This document shows positions 51,355-64,000 of a stretch of DNA of 64,000 bases, one piece after another. The stretch is taken from NCBI GenBank assembly GCA_951406725.2, contig OX597825.1, forward strand, positions 78,306,001-78,370,000, given 5' to 3'. The notes beneath the pieces are model-generated. The model did no database searches. It was not told the DNA's origin and was given only the letters and a program-made list of their open reading frames with translations. A program made the position numbers and the translations under genes. Source of the DNA: Octopus vulgaris. Lineage: Eukaryota. Each line of letters starts with the position of its first letter. The stretch's first letter is position 1.

Positions 51355-51621
51355 CATATCTGTGGGTATCTGACTTTGTGTTTGTCCCCTAAACTGGTAT
51401 CGACAACTAGTGTTGGTTTGTTTACATCCCCGTAACCTACAAGTTCGGTAAAAGGGACCAAGAAAATAAATATCAGGCAGGGGTCGATGATTTGTCCGAC
51501 TAAAACCCTTCAAGGCGGTGCCCAACATGGCCGCAGTCCAATAACTGAAATAAGCAAATGATAAAAGATACTTGTAAATTCAATTGACCAAACAACTGAA
51601 TCCTCATTGTCGAGCGACGCA

Positions 51622-53046
51622 GACCCATAACCAGTCTTACATTGCAATGAATTTTGAGGACTATTGTCCCACGATCTCGAAGTGAAAATCTCTTCAGAAG
51701 GAATGATTATTTGTATGACCCATAACCAGTCTTACATTGTAATGAATTTTGAGGACTATTGCCCCACGATCTCGAAGTGAAAATCTCTTCAGAAGGAATG
51801 ATCATTTGTATGACCCATAACCAGTCTTACATTGTAATGAATTTTGAGGACTTTTGTCCCACGATCTCGAAGTGAAAATCTCTTCAGAAGGAATGATTAT
51901 TTGTATGACCCATAACCAGTCTTACATTGTAATAAATTTTGAAGACTATTGCCCCACGATCTCGAAGTGAAAATCTCTTCAGAAGGAATGATCATTTGTA
52001 TGACCCATAACCAGTCTTACATTGCAATGAATTTTGAGGACTATTGCCCCACGATCTCGAAGTGAAAATCTCTTCAGAAGGAATGATCATTTGTATGATC
52101 CATAACCAGTCTTACATTGTAATGAATTTTGAGGACTATTGCCCCACGATCTCGAAGTGAAAATCTCTTCAGAAGGAATGATCATTTGTATGACCCATAA
52201 CCAGTCTTACATTGTAATGAATTTTGAGGACTATTGTCCCACGATCTCGAAGTGAAAATCTCTTCAAAAGGAATGATCATTTGTATGACCCATAACCAGT
52301 CTTACATTGCAATGAATTTTGAGGACTATTGCCCCACGATCTCGAAGTGAAAATTTCTTCAGAAGGAATGATCAATTGTATGACCCATAACCAGTCTTAC
52401 ATTGTAATGAATTTTGAGGATTATTGTCCCACGATCTCGAAGTGAAAATCTCTTCAAAAGGAATGATCATTTGTATGACCCATAACCAGTCTTACATTGC
52501 AATGAATTTTGAGGACTATTGCCCAACGATCTCGAAGTGAAAATCTCTTCAGAAGGAATGATTATTTGTATGACCCATAACCAGTCTTACATTGCAATGA
52601 CTTTTGAGGACTATTGCCCAACGATCTCGAAGTGAAAATCTCTTCAGAAGGAATGATTATTTGTATGACCCATAACCAGTCTTACATTGCAATGAATTTT
52701 GAGAACTTTTGCCCCACGATTTCGAAGTGAAAATCTCTTCAGAAGGAACGATTATTTGTATGACCCATAACCAGTCTTACATTGTAATGAATTTTGAGGA
52801 CTATTGCCCCACGATCTCGAAGTGAAAATCTCTTCAGAAGGAATGATCATTTGTATGACCCATAACCAGTCTTACATTGCAATGAATTTTGAGGACTTTT
52901 GCCCCACGATCTCGAAGTGAAAATCTCTTCAGAAGGAATGATTATTTGTATGACCCATAACCAGTCTTACATTGCAATGAATTTTGAGGACTTTTGCCCC
53001 ACGATCTCGAAGTGAAAAGCTCTTCAGAAAGAATGATCATTTGCAT
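51622..53046. repeat. Tandem array of 15 x 95 bp
   Basis: Unit gacccataaccagtcttacattgYaatgaattttgaggactWttgYcccacgatctcgaagtgaaaatctcttcagaaggaatgatYatttgtat; starts at 51622, 51717, 51812 ... 52952 with constant period. Confidence 0.97.
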
Positions 53047-53369
53047 GCTTGTTAACAATCGCTAAAGCTAGCTTAACGTCTGCAGTTCACAATAGAAGCT
53101 GGTCGCCACATAAGACTACGGGATCTCAGTCATGTCTACGTATTGTTCACATTGTTCTAGTCACCAAAGCACAGCGTGAACCCATCAGAAGAATCGGTAG
53201 ACTATCCAAGTTCTCAGCAAGACGGCACAAATGATTGATGCGAAGGCGATGTTTTCGGCGAGAAGATATCAACCCTCTCCCTCCCTCCCTCCGTTCCGTC
53301 TACAATTCATTCCACTCGAAATTTTACATTTGTGCCATGTGTGTGTGTGTGTGTGTGTGTATGCATGTA

Positions 53370-53411
<42 letters not shown>

Positions 53412-53439
53412 ATCTATCTTATCTATATAGGTGGCATAT

Positions 53440-53816
<377 letters not shown>

Positions 53817-54085
53817 GTATATACATAGATGTGTGTACGTGCGTGCGTGCGTGTGTGTGCTTCTGATATGATTTATAAAAACTTCTCACCAATTCTAAGA
53901 GCGGGTCTCCCTCCCAGAAACAGGTTTCGTCACTGGAATTTAGACAATACCAATTACGTATGCATATGTGTATGTGTGTATGTATGTTCTGCTTATGGCT
54001 ACACACGGCAGTGGAGCTCTTGTTCGGGAATCTTCGGATTTTGAAGAATGTGGAACCATCTCTTAGCCATTATTGTCCCAGGTTT

Positions 54086-54292
54086 AAGGCGGTGAGCTGG
54101 CAGAAACGTTAGCGCGCCGGGCGAAATGCCTAGCGTTATTTAGTCTGTCTTCATGTTCTGAGTTCAAATTTACGCCGAGATCAACGTTACTTTTCATCCT
54201 TTCGGGGTTGATAAATTAAGTACCAGGTACGTACTGGGGTCATTTTAATCGACTGGTTCCCTCCCCCAAAATTTCGGTCCTAGAGTAGAAAA
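54086..54292 (+). mobile_element. Meta-core SINE with target-site duplication
   Basis: attgtcccaggttta flanks both ends (about 54072-54086 and 54295-54309). Confidence 0.85.
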
Positions 54293-54568
54293 AAATTGTC
54301 CCAGGTTTACTCTGACCCAGAGTAACAGCACCTATCAGAGTCCCATCTATGAACTAGCATATGTGATAACAATCTTCTAAGCGCAGTGTGCAGAAATACA
54401 TTTAGTTGGTGCCAGGGCGCACAGTAAAACCACTGAGAGTAAGGAGCCCCTAGATATTGGCAAAGCGTACCTCTAAGAGAAGGGCACTTTGATGTTAAAC
54501 TGAACCCAGAATCATGTGGTTGGTAAGCAAGTTACTTACCACACAGCCACTCCTGCGCCTATACATGT

Positions 54569-54624
<56 letters not shown>

Positions 54625-55430
54625 GCCTTTATATTACGTCGTTCTTGAGTGCTGCTGGTAAAACCCAGTACTGCCTTCTGCATGCTCGGATCATCGTCAA
54701 CTTATCTAACAACATCACTAAGTCTGCATAGTGAGGAGGGTCATTTCTGGACACCCGGAGGGAGAAAAAAAACAACAAGACTTGTAAAACAATGGATATA
54801 CATATAAGAGTCCATGACCAATCAGTTCTGCGCAAATACACTTTCAAATCCCTGCAGACTTCCATGTATCTTTAGATTTGGAAAGTCTAAGACACTCTGA
54901 CATGAAACGTGCAGTTGCTGTCTTTGTCTGCATGTATTAATGTGTACCTACGTTTGTGTTGCTGTATGTGGGCGCGTTTGTTAATGTGTGTGTGCGTCTG
55001 TGTATGCACTTATGAATGTGCTCGTGTGCATTTATTGATGTGTATGGATGGATGTGTGTTTGTGAATATATATATGTGTGTAGGTATTATGAGCGTGTGT
55101 TATGTGCATATATTGCTGTGAGCGTCATTCTTGTATGTGAGAGTACGTGTAAATGTGTATGTGTATGTGTGTGTGCGTATGTGTCTTTGTGTGCACGTGC
55201 GTGTGTTTATTTATGTGTGCGTGTGCGCGCGTGCGTATGCGTATGCATTTGTGTGTGTGCGTGCGCGTATATGTATGTGTGCGTGTGTGCATGTGCGTAT
55301 GTGCGTGAGCATGCGTGAACACGCGTATGCGTGCGTATGCATGTATATGTGAGCGCGCATAAGTATGTATGTGTGTATGCATGCGCGTCTCTGTGCATGT
55401 GTATGTGCGTATGTGCGTAGTGTGCGTGCA

Positions 55431-55498
<68 letters not shown>

Positions 55499-55969
55499 TG
55501 TGTATGTACGCATGTATTTATTAACATTAGAAATACACAAAACCGTGACACGCCCACGCGCCAGAATGGAAAAACTAACAACGTAGGAACCAAAGAATCT
55601 CTTTTAATCGTAGAAAAATGGTAATAAAGAATCTTTCAAATGTATTCCATGCCTCCAGGCGTTATTTTTACTGTTGTTAACAATTGGCGTAGATATCTGT
55701 TGCTATCGGTGTTAATCTTAGAGTTGTTGCTGCAGATTTTGTTTCTCATGTCTACATGTTGTTGTAGTTGTTGTTGTTGTTGCTGCTGCTGCTGTTGTTG
55801 CTGCTGATGCTGTTGTTGCTGCTGTTGTTGTTACTGTTAACGTTATAGCTGCTGTTATAACCCTTGTTGCATCTGTCTTATCATTGCCGTTGTAGTACAG
55901 GATGTTGTTTTCTGTTGTTATTGTCGGTAAAGGCCTTGTTGTTGTTATTGTTGTTGCTGTTGTTGCCAA

Positions 55970-56880
55970 AGCCGGCGAGCTGGCAGAATCGTTAAGCACG
56001 CCCGGCGAAATGCTTAGCGGTATTTTGTCTACCGCTACGTTCTGGGTTCTAATTCCGCCGAGGTCGACTTTGCCTTTCATCCTTTCGGGGTCGTTTAAAT
56101 AAGTACCAGTTACGCACTGATGTCGAAATAATCGACTTAATACCATTGTCTGTCCTTGTTTGTCTCCTCTATGTTTAGCCCCTTGTAGGTAATAAAGAAA
56201 TAGGTATTTCGTCTGCTGTTACGTTCTGAGTTCAAATTCCGCCGAGGTCGACTTTGCCTTTCATCCTTTCGGGGTTGATAAATTAAGTACCAGGGGTTAA
56301 TGTAATCGACTTAATCCCTTTGTCTGTCCTTGTTTGTCTCCTCTATGTTTAGCCCCTTGTAGGTAATAAAGAAATAGGTGTTTCGTCTGCTATTACGTTC
56401 TGAGTTCAAATTCTGAGTTTAGCCCCTTGTTAGCAGTAAAGAAATAAGAATCGTTAGCACGCCGGACGAAATGCTTAGCGGTATTTCGTCTACCGTTACG
56501 TTCTGAGTTCAAATTCCGCCGAGGTCGACTTTGGATTTCATCCTTCCGGGATCGATTATTTAAGTACTAATGAAACACTGGGGGTCGATGTAATCGACAC
56601 ATCCCCCTCTCCCTAATTTGAGGCCTTGTACCTGTAACAGAAGAGATTATTGTTATTATTATGAAAGGCAGTGAGCTGGCAGAATTGTTAGCATGCCGGG
56701 CTAAATGCTTAGCGGAATTTCGTCCGCCTTTACGGTATAAGTTCAAATTCCGCCGAGGTCGACTTTGCCTTTCATCCGACCGGAGTCGATAAATCAAGTA
56801 CCAGTGAAATACTGGGGTTGATGTAATCGACTTAACCCGTCACCCAAAATGTCAGGCCTTGTGCCTTTAGTAGAAAGGAT
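55970..56880 (+). mobile_element. Head-to-tail multimer of Meta-core SINE units
   Basis: About five successive ttc(a/t)aattc..gaggtcgacttt units, some partial, joined at aaagaaatag. Confidence 0.8.
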
Positions 56881-57116
56881 TATCATTATTATTTTTTTCC
56901 TTCTTTCTTCAAATTTTCTTCCATTTCTCGCCGGGTGTTTTCCTTACACCTAGGGCAGAGAAGCTCATTGTATGCATTCCTAGATTACACACGCAAATTC
57001 ACAGGTAAAATATGTATTTAAAAAAATTAATAAACAAATAAATTCATGAATGGATGTTGTTTACACAGCGATATTATTATTACTATTATTGTTGTTGTTG
57101 TTATTATTACTATTAC

Positions 57117-57159
<43 letters not shown>

Positions 57160-57257
57160 GTTATTGTTGTTGTTGTTACTGTTATTGTTGTTGTTGTTGT
57201 TGTTGTTATTATTATTATTATTATTGTTGTTATTGTTATTGTTATTATTATTATTAT

Positions 57258-57667
57258 TGAGTGAGAGAGCAGTTCATGCCATCAAAGTGACACTGGGGTA
57301 AAATATACGAAGCCCAATATACCCATCATGACTACCCGTCTGATAAGGGCACACCAGGCACATGCATCACAACCATATGTGCGCGACATGGTGATATCAT
57401 ATCAAGATAAACAGCACATGGCCTTGCAGGTGGAGCCCAGTTAGAATTTTCTTCAGGTTGAGTAGCCCATCCCGCTCAAGCGGTCCCTGAATAAGGGTTG
57501 TTTAAGGATGTTGAAAGAACCACCCATGTTTCCAGAGGTGAATTATTCAAACCCCAAAGAATCCCTCTCAACACATGGCTATGATGCTCCCCCACTACTT
57601 CTGCTCGTGATCAGAGATGCACATATCGTCAGCCACTAAGGGACATGCTCAACTGGTTAAGGTCAAT
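57258..57667 (-). mobile_element. (TAA)n-associated interspersed repeat (family of 23735-24280)
   Basis: Reverse complement match; flanked by (TTA)n on both sides. Confidence 0.75.
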
Positions 57668-58022
57668 TATTATTATTGTTATTATTATTATTATTATTAC
57701 CGCTATATCTGGAGGTGTGTTTTTGGAGCACTGTAAGTTTACGACTAATTCACTTGTTTAAAAGGTTCTATACTGTATTTTGTTGCTTAAATCGTTTTGC
57801 GAGCCAGTTGCCCTTATGGGGGGTGGGGCTGACGTTTGTTAACCAAAGCCCCCATTTTGTGGGTGATATAAACTTTTTTGTTTTCAAAATTTTCCTCGAA
57901 GAAAGTAAACTTTGAAGATGACGACGAAAAGCGGGAGTGAGGATGGAAGGAAGGTGATACGGCAATTTGCACGAGGATTTCCCCGTCCTCCCCACCATGA
58001 TTGGCAGTAGACCATGCATCCC

Positions 58023-58084
<62 letters not shown>

Positions 58085-58088
58085 TAAT

Positions 58089-58123
<35 letters not shown>

Positions 58124-58136
58124 TAATAATAATAAC

Positions 58137-58247
<111 letters not shown>

Positions 58248-58323
58248 AACAATAATAATCTTCAATTCGATATCCCATTGCATATTTCGAGTCATTATAT
58301 TCATTCAATAAATTTGGGTTTTG

Positions 58324-58368
<45 letters not shown>

Positions 58369-58432
58369 AATTTTCTTTGTAAATTGAAATTGTTTATTAG
58401 TTTGCGACTCCATCGTGTTTTTTGGGGAGCGT

Positions 58433-58600
58433 TTAGGTCCTGCTTTGATGGTCTCCATTTCCTTTCGAACGTGATCTCATCTTCAAGCAGTGAACGTCGC
58501 CCCAAAGACATGGGGCCTCGAAGTCGTCATTTGCACGAAGGGCATCACGGCTGTCACGCAACTGTCGGTTCACTAAGTCCCTTTGGCGTGCAATCATAGA
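58433..58600 (-). CDS. Secreted peptide precursor candidate, exon 2 (terminal): SMIARQRDLVNRQLRDSRDALRANDDFEAPCLWGDVHCLKMRSRSKGNGDHQSRT*
   Basis: Very strong acceptor tttcttttttctttcttttttatatccacag|TCT (phase 0); AATAAA at 58393-58398. Confidence 0.65.
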   Translation of the reverse strand, partial: SMIARQRDLVNRQLRDSRDALRANDDFEAPCLWGDVHCLKMRSRSKGNGDHQSRT

Positions 58601-59149
58601 CTGTGGATATAAAAAAGAAAGAAAAAAGAAACAACTTAGTGAACTGGAATGAAACACGGAGAAAGAAATTCTTACAACACAAACAACAAAACTTTCGCTG
58701 GTAAAAACAAAAGATCTGAAATAAATGGAGAAATTCGAAAGACGGTTTGTCATATTTACAGATGCAAATTTGTGTTTCATGAGCAGCTTTCGACATTTCC
58801 CATCCAAGCGTTTTTAGCCTAATATCTATACCATTGTTTGTAGCTTTATCAACTTGGAATTTTTTACCGTTAAAAAGAATTTGCTTCACATCTCTCGAAG
58901 TTTCTAAATACTTATAAAATAAGCTTCCTGAAATGATCTCTGATAAGTACGAAGCTTCTAAAATAGATGGCGGTTTGGACTGCTTTAGTATAGCGGCAAA
59001 AACGTCTACCACGTTTAAAGAAGATGTGGGTTCGAGTCCTATGTGAGACTAGGTAGAGCATTTATTGTAAAAATAAAGAAAGACTCTTAGAATAACGAGT
59101 GAATCATTGAGAACAACACATTGTATATATTGGATTTAAAATTTTAAAC

Positions 59150-59370
59150 AAGGCCAGCAATTTTGGGCGACAAGAGAGGGTGTTTACATCAACCCTGGTG
59201 ATCAACGGCTATTTATTTTATCGATCCCGGCGCTCCACTGCTACTTATTTTATCGAACCCAAAAGAAGTGAAAGGCAAAGTCGACATTGGCGGAATTTGA
59301 ACTCAGAATGTAAAGATGGACGAAATGCCGCTAAGAATTTTGTTCGACGTGCTAACGAGTCTGCTAGCTT
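59150..59370 (-). mobile_element. Diverged Meta-core SINE
   Basis: tgaaaggcaaagtcgac...ggaatttgaactcagaa reverse complement core. Confidence 0.7.
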
Positions 59371-60149
59371 CGGCGCTTTAGCAATCCTACTCCCAATGTA
59401 GGATTCCTCACCATCCAGGTGACAGGCACAGCCGTAAGATGCATTACGAATCTATAGCAATTGGAAGGGCGTGACCCAACTGAAATAAACATTAACACCT
59501 GTGTGACGTGAGGGCTAAGGAGAAATGAAAGTGTCACCTCTGGGTTTGCAAATGACCACTATACTGATACGTAACTGGACAGAATAAATTTACCAACTAT
59601 AAATGTCTTTGAATAACCAGTCACTCATCTGGAAAGGCCTTGAAATCAATCTGGGGTTAATGTGTGACCCAGTGATAATAAAAAAGACTTGAAAGAAGGT
59701 CTGCAATCAAATAACTTTACTCAACACTTTGCAACTAAATCAGTGGAGGCAAAGATGTCTCTCATTTACTTGACAATTTATGCACCACATTGCAGAAATT
59801 CCAATCTAAGTGGATGTCAAAGCAAACTCTTACACTGTTGTACCATTGAATTACAAATAATGCTCATCTTCTATGCTCGGATGATCCCACAGCTTCCAAG
59901 AATACAAATGTATTCGTCTTTGCATAGATAAAATGACAAAATTGTGGGTGTTAAGTCCCCATGAAGGGATCTTTTTAACTTGTAAGAAGATGAAATTTCA
60001 TGAATATTACATCATTTGTATCTAATATCTATGGTTAAAATTTCATCAACAGCAAAAATATATGAATTGTCATGGGGGTTGTGGCCCTTATGCGTAGAAT
60101 ATAATTTCCAAATTTCGTAAAGATCCATTCAGTACTTTTGACTTAGTTT

Positions 60150-60363
60150 TGGATCATAAAAGAAATGACTAAAATTTGGGAGTTAAGGCCCCCATTAGGG
60201 TGTCTTAGAATCCTCATGGAAACTTTGTCATTTTTCTTCCCCATGACACTCCCTGGACCCTAAGTAAGGCATGTGTAAAATTTGAATGAAATCGGTTGTG
60301 TAGTTCTCAAGTTTCAGGGATTCACACAGACAAACAGACAGACAGACAGATACACATTCTCAG

Positions 60364-60366
<3 letters not shown>
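60150..60366 (-). mobile_element. Possible Helitron-family non-autonomous element 5' part
   Basis: Minus strand tatataactgagaatgtg..(ctgt)n..caaccgatttcattcaaattttacaca has the same layout as the 5' part of 48577-48960. Confidence 0.4.
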
Positions 60367-60432
<66 letters not shown>

Positions 60433-60559
60433 GTGAATTCCATCTCATGCACAGATTTTTTAATTAATTTTTGAAAACTAAACATTTTGAAACTTCAGTG
60501 CATGAGATTAAAAGATCCGTATATATGTATATACGTATGTCAGCATTTATGCATGGATG

Positions 60560-60736
<177 letters not shown>

Positions 60737-60786
60737 TAATAATAATAATAATAATAATAATGATAATAATGAAGTGCAACAATTAC

Positions 60787-60918
60787 ATTTTTCCTTCGGA
60801 GCAGATCGATAGCCCTCTCATCGTTTATTGGCACCGTCTGTACTGGTTCAAACATCACGGCTGCTACGCTTAACAAAACCACTAGCACAATCATATTCTT
60901 GTATATACTGTGTTCCAT
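60787..60918 (-). CDS. Secreted peptide precursor candidate, exon 1: MEHSIYKNMIVLVVLLSVAAVMFEPVQTVPINDERAIDLLRRKN
   Basis: aaaaATGG start context, hydrophobic signal-peptide-like core, donor AAT|gtaatt (phase 0); 132 nt. Confidence 0.65.
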
Positions 60919-61195
60919 TTTTTTGATCTCAACTCAGTTCCCTCTTTTAAAAACTTCCAAATTATATTTCAACTGATTTCAATGGAGCCAGATATAAGGC
61001 AGCCCACAAAACGATTCTTATGAAGTCCCAAGAACAAAATCACCCGTAAATAGATCGTTTATAGTTCTTTGTTTTGTTTTTTTACTTTCCCCTCTTCTTT
61101 GTTTGTGGTTCGGGTTTCTGTTCTTTCTTGTCTGTGTGGTCAGTGCTGTTGTTGCGTCTCGTTTTGGTTCGTTCTCCTATGGAAGCGGCGACTTT

Positions 61196-61203
61196 CTTTT
61201 ATA
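61196..61203 (-). promoter_or_regulatory. TATA box (TATAAAAG) of the peptide-precursor candidate
   Basis: About 280 bp upstream of ATG 60918, no intervening ATG seen; AAAATGGCG motif ~35 bp further upstream. Confidence 0.5.
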
Positions 61204-61264
61204 GCGTATTACTCCTCCCAGTCGCTCATAACGGCACGCCATTTTGCGAGGGAGGAGAATGAAC

Positions 61265-61320
<56 letters not shown>

Positions 61321-61493
61321 TTGTGTATGTATGTGTGTGTGTGTGTATGGAAATACAAAAGAAGATGATAAAGAAGAAGAAGAAGAAGAAGAAGAAGAAG
61401 AAGAAGAAGAAGAAGAAGAAGAAGAAGAAGAAGAAGAAGACTGGCCAGAACTGGTGACCAATAATTCTTGCCCTCTAGACTGATAATAGTGAC

Positions 61494-61575
<82 letters not shown>

Positions 61576-62039
61576 GCTGTTGTGGTGGTGGTATGATTTA
61601 ATTGTATTTGCTTTGGGAGGCTCATTCCTTATCATAGAAAAAGGACAATCCCCCACCCCCGTCGTTATCGAAGGAATTGGAATTTGATTGGTTGTTATCA
61701 TATACTCTTTATCCTTCCAGCTTCACACTGATTGGAAGAACAAGAACATGCATGTGCACATGCGCACACATGTACTGCACATGCACACCTATAAATGACA
61801 TGGAGCAGAAACACACATAATAAATCATATGGAGAAGAAACAATAAATAATATCAAATGGATGTCTTATAAAACTATTCCGAACATACAGTAACAGCCAC
61901 ACTAACAATCCAACACACCTCCTTCATCAGCTGCCACACGGATATCACTATGGTTTCGACACCTGGGGCAGTACCATTCAATCAGACGGTGTCAACAGCA
62001 CTAAAATAAGTGTTGTTTGAGAACAAGATACCATAACTT

Positions 62040-62690
62040 ATTGGAGAAGAAACAATAAATCGTAAATACAAGTAACAGCACAATATGTGGCAAAGAAACA
62101 TTAAATCATATGGTCACTGGCAGCCCAGTCCTGGCTAAGAAGGAATATATTCACAGACACGACTGAGTTGGGACTTGTACACATTGGAAGCTATGCCAAC
62201 ATTATGGAATAACAACAGAAAAAAGATGGTATAGGCACACGCCAGAAAAGGTCACAGAAAATGAGAAAGCAAACATACTCTGGGATATGCCAATACACAC
62301 AGAGAAATTAAGGCCAATAGGCTGGATATGCTTTCTAATCGATATATCAATATCAAAAGATGACAATGTTTCAAAATACAAACATGTGGAAATAGAGGCA
62401 AATCATATGCGGAGTCTAAATACAGAAACAATTCCCATCATAGTTGGCGCATTAGGTATAATAAGAAAAAGCATTCAGATAAAAATATAATAAAAACACC
62501 AGGACTAACAAGTATATATAACATATAACATACAGAAATAGCACTACTAGGCACCGCACACATCCCACGTAAAACACTTTCAATACAGTAACAATAAAAG
62601 CACCACAACAAACCACAGCACATACCCAAGGCACACAGAGTTGCGCTCGGTAGTGAAGTGAAAGCACGTGATAAAAATAAGACTGTTCGA
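62040..62690 (+). mobile_element. R4/Dong-type non-LTR retrotransposon 3' remnant
   Basis: ETLNHMVTG.PVLAKKEYIHRHD..HWKLCQHYGI..WYRHTPEKVTENEKANILWDMPIHT; 3' UTR matches 23450-23715. Confidence 0.8.
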
Positions 62691-62796
62691 TAGCAAGAAG
62701 AAGAAGGAGGAGGAGGAGGAGGAGGAAGAAGAAGAAGAAGAAGAAGAAGAAGAAGAAGAAGAAGAAGAAGAAGAAGAAGAAGAAGAAGAAGAAGAG

Positions 62797-63350
62797 CTGC
62801 CCTCTCATGGTTTCTGATCTTAACTGATTGGAAGTGTTATCATGTACATTGTTTTGTCTTGGTGTAAAAGATGGACTACAGCAAATATTCTGCTCAATAC
62901 CACACATTTGCTTGTCAGTTGTTTGACCGTAACCAGTTGAGCATGTCCCTTAGTGGCTGACGATATGTGCATCTCTGATCACGAGCAGAAGTAGTGGGGG
63001 AGCATCATAGCCATGTATTGAGAGGAATATTCTTTGGGGTTTGGATAATTCACCTTTGGAAACATGGGTGTTTCGTTCAACATTCTTAAACAACCCTTAT
63101 TCAGGGACCTTTTGAGCGGGATGGGCTACTCGATCAGAAGAACATTCTAACTGGGCTCCACCTGCAAGGTCATACGTTGTTTATCTTGATATGAGATCGC
63201 GATGTTGTGCATATATGGTTGTGATGCATGTGACTGGTGTACCCTTATCAGACAAGTAGTCATGGTCGGTATACTGAGCTTCGTATATTTGTACCCCAGT
63301 GTCACTTTGATGGCATGCACTGCTCTCTCACTCAATAATAATAATAATAA
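62797..63350 (+). mobile_element. (TAA)n-associated interspersed repeat (family of 23735-24280)
   Basis: Colinear match ending gcactgctctctcactc(aat)n. Confidence 0.75.
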
Positions 63351-63653
63351 TTCTTTCTTCTATAGGCCCAAGGCTTGAAATTCTGTGGGAGCCAACAGTT
63401 ATTAGAAGAGATTGGTCGGTACCTTTGACTCCAGTACCTGACTCCAGACTCCTTTATTATTTTGAAACCTAAAAGAATGAAAGCCAGATTTAAACTCGGT
63501 GAGATGCGATCTCGAAATGTAAAAAGCCGGAACTAAAACAGCAAGACAGTTTTTCGATGTTTTAACCATTCTTCTAGCTTTCAGCCTGAATTTTCCCCAC
63601 AAATTTGTCTCTTTCACAAAAAAATGAGCCGAACACACAGCTAAAAGCACACG

Positions 63654-63796
<143 letters not shown>

Positions 63797-64000
63797 GATA
63801 TGGAAACAGCTGTAGCACAGGATCTCATTATATATCTTGGAATAAACTTATGTCTGCACATCAATTTTTCCATTTTCTACCTTTTCTCATTCATATATAT
63901 ATTCATATATATATATGTATGTATAACTATATACATATATACATACATTTATATGAGAATTGCAAAATCCCGTGGGATGCAACGATCAAATGCATAAACC

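Noticed and set aside
51622-53046. CRISPR array, coding repeat or retrozyme (minus strand has CTGAAGA...CGAGA)
   Set aside because: No unique spacers or cas genes; 95 is not a multiple of 3; GAGA instead of GAAA in nearly all units and no stem I/III partners.
54629-54865. Candidate upstream exon for the TIR-like gene (also 48400-48550)
   Set aside because: Splice sites weak or frames closed; peptides show no TIR features.
58554-59038. 152-aa minus ORF as a middle exon of the peptide gene
   Set aside because: Best boundaries (59038-58868) are phase 1/1, incompatible with the phase-0 junction, and the ORF runs through the polypyrimidine tract; left unexplained.

Overview
Eukaryotic, AT-rich, microsatellite-saturated genomic DNA. 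The SINE/LINE complement (tRNA-headed CORE- and Meta-type SINEs, RTE and R4/Dong-type LINE remnants) and the dense (TA)n/(CA)n/(TACA)n/(TAA)n tracts point to an octopus (cephalopod) genome; this is an inference, not a database result. Most ORFs in the track are microsatellite artefacts. Reading splice sites by hand reveals real gene structure: (i) a phase-consistent 7-exon minus-strand gene (30784->8587) for a ~397-aa coiled-coil protein; (ii) a 2-coding-exon ~282-aa minus-strand gene (32856->31590) with an RFX X-box upstream; (iii) a complete-looking 2-exon gene (TATA 61196-61203, ATG 60918, stop 58433, AATAAA) for a 99-aa secreted peptide precursor with a C-x6-C loop; (iv) orphan exons (Lys-rich terminal exon, TIR-like and HAT-like pieces). 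Mobile DNA includes a decayed RTE LINE, a SINE with a ~200-bp flanking duplication, non-autonomous Helitrons, a maT/DD37D-like remnant, (TAA)n-associated R4/Dong ends, and several Penelope-type minimal hammerhead ribozyme motifs, one of them in the tail of a tRNA-headed SINE. There is also a 28S rRNA fragment and a 15 x 95-bp tandem array. No CRISPR or prokaryotic system is present. Repeat boundaries are approximate; exon boundaries were counted from the sequence.
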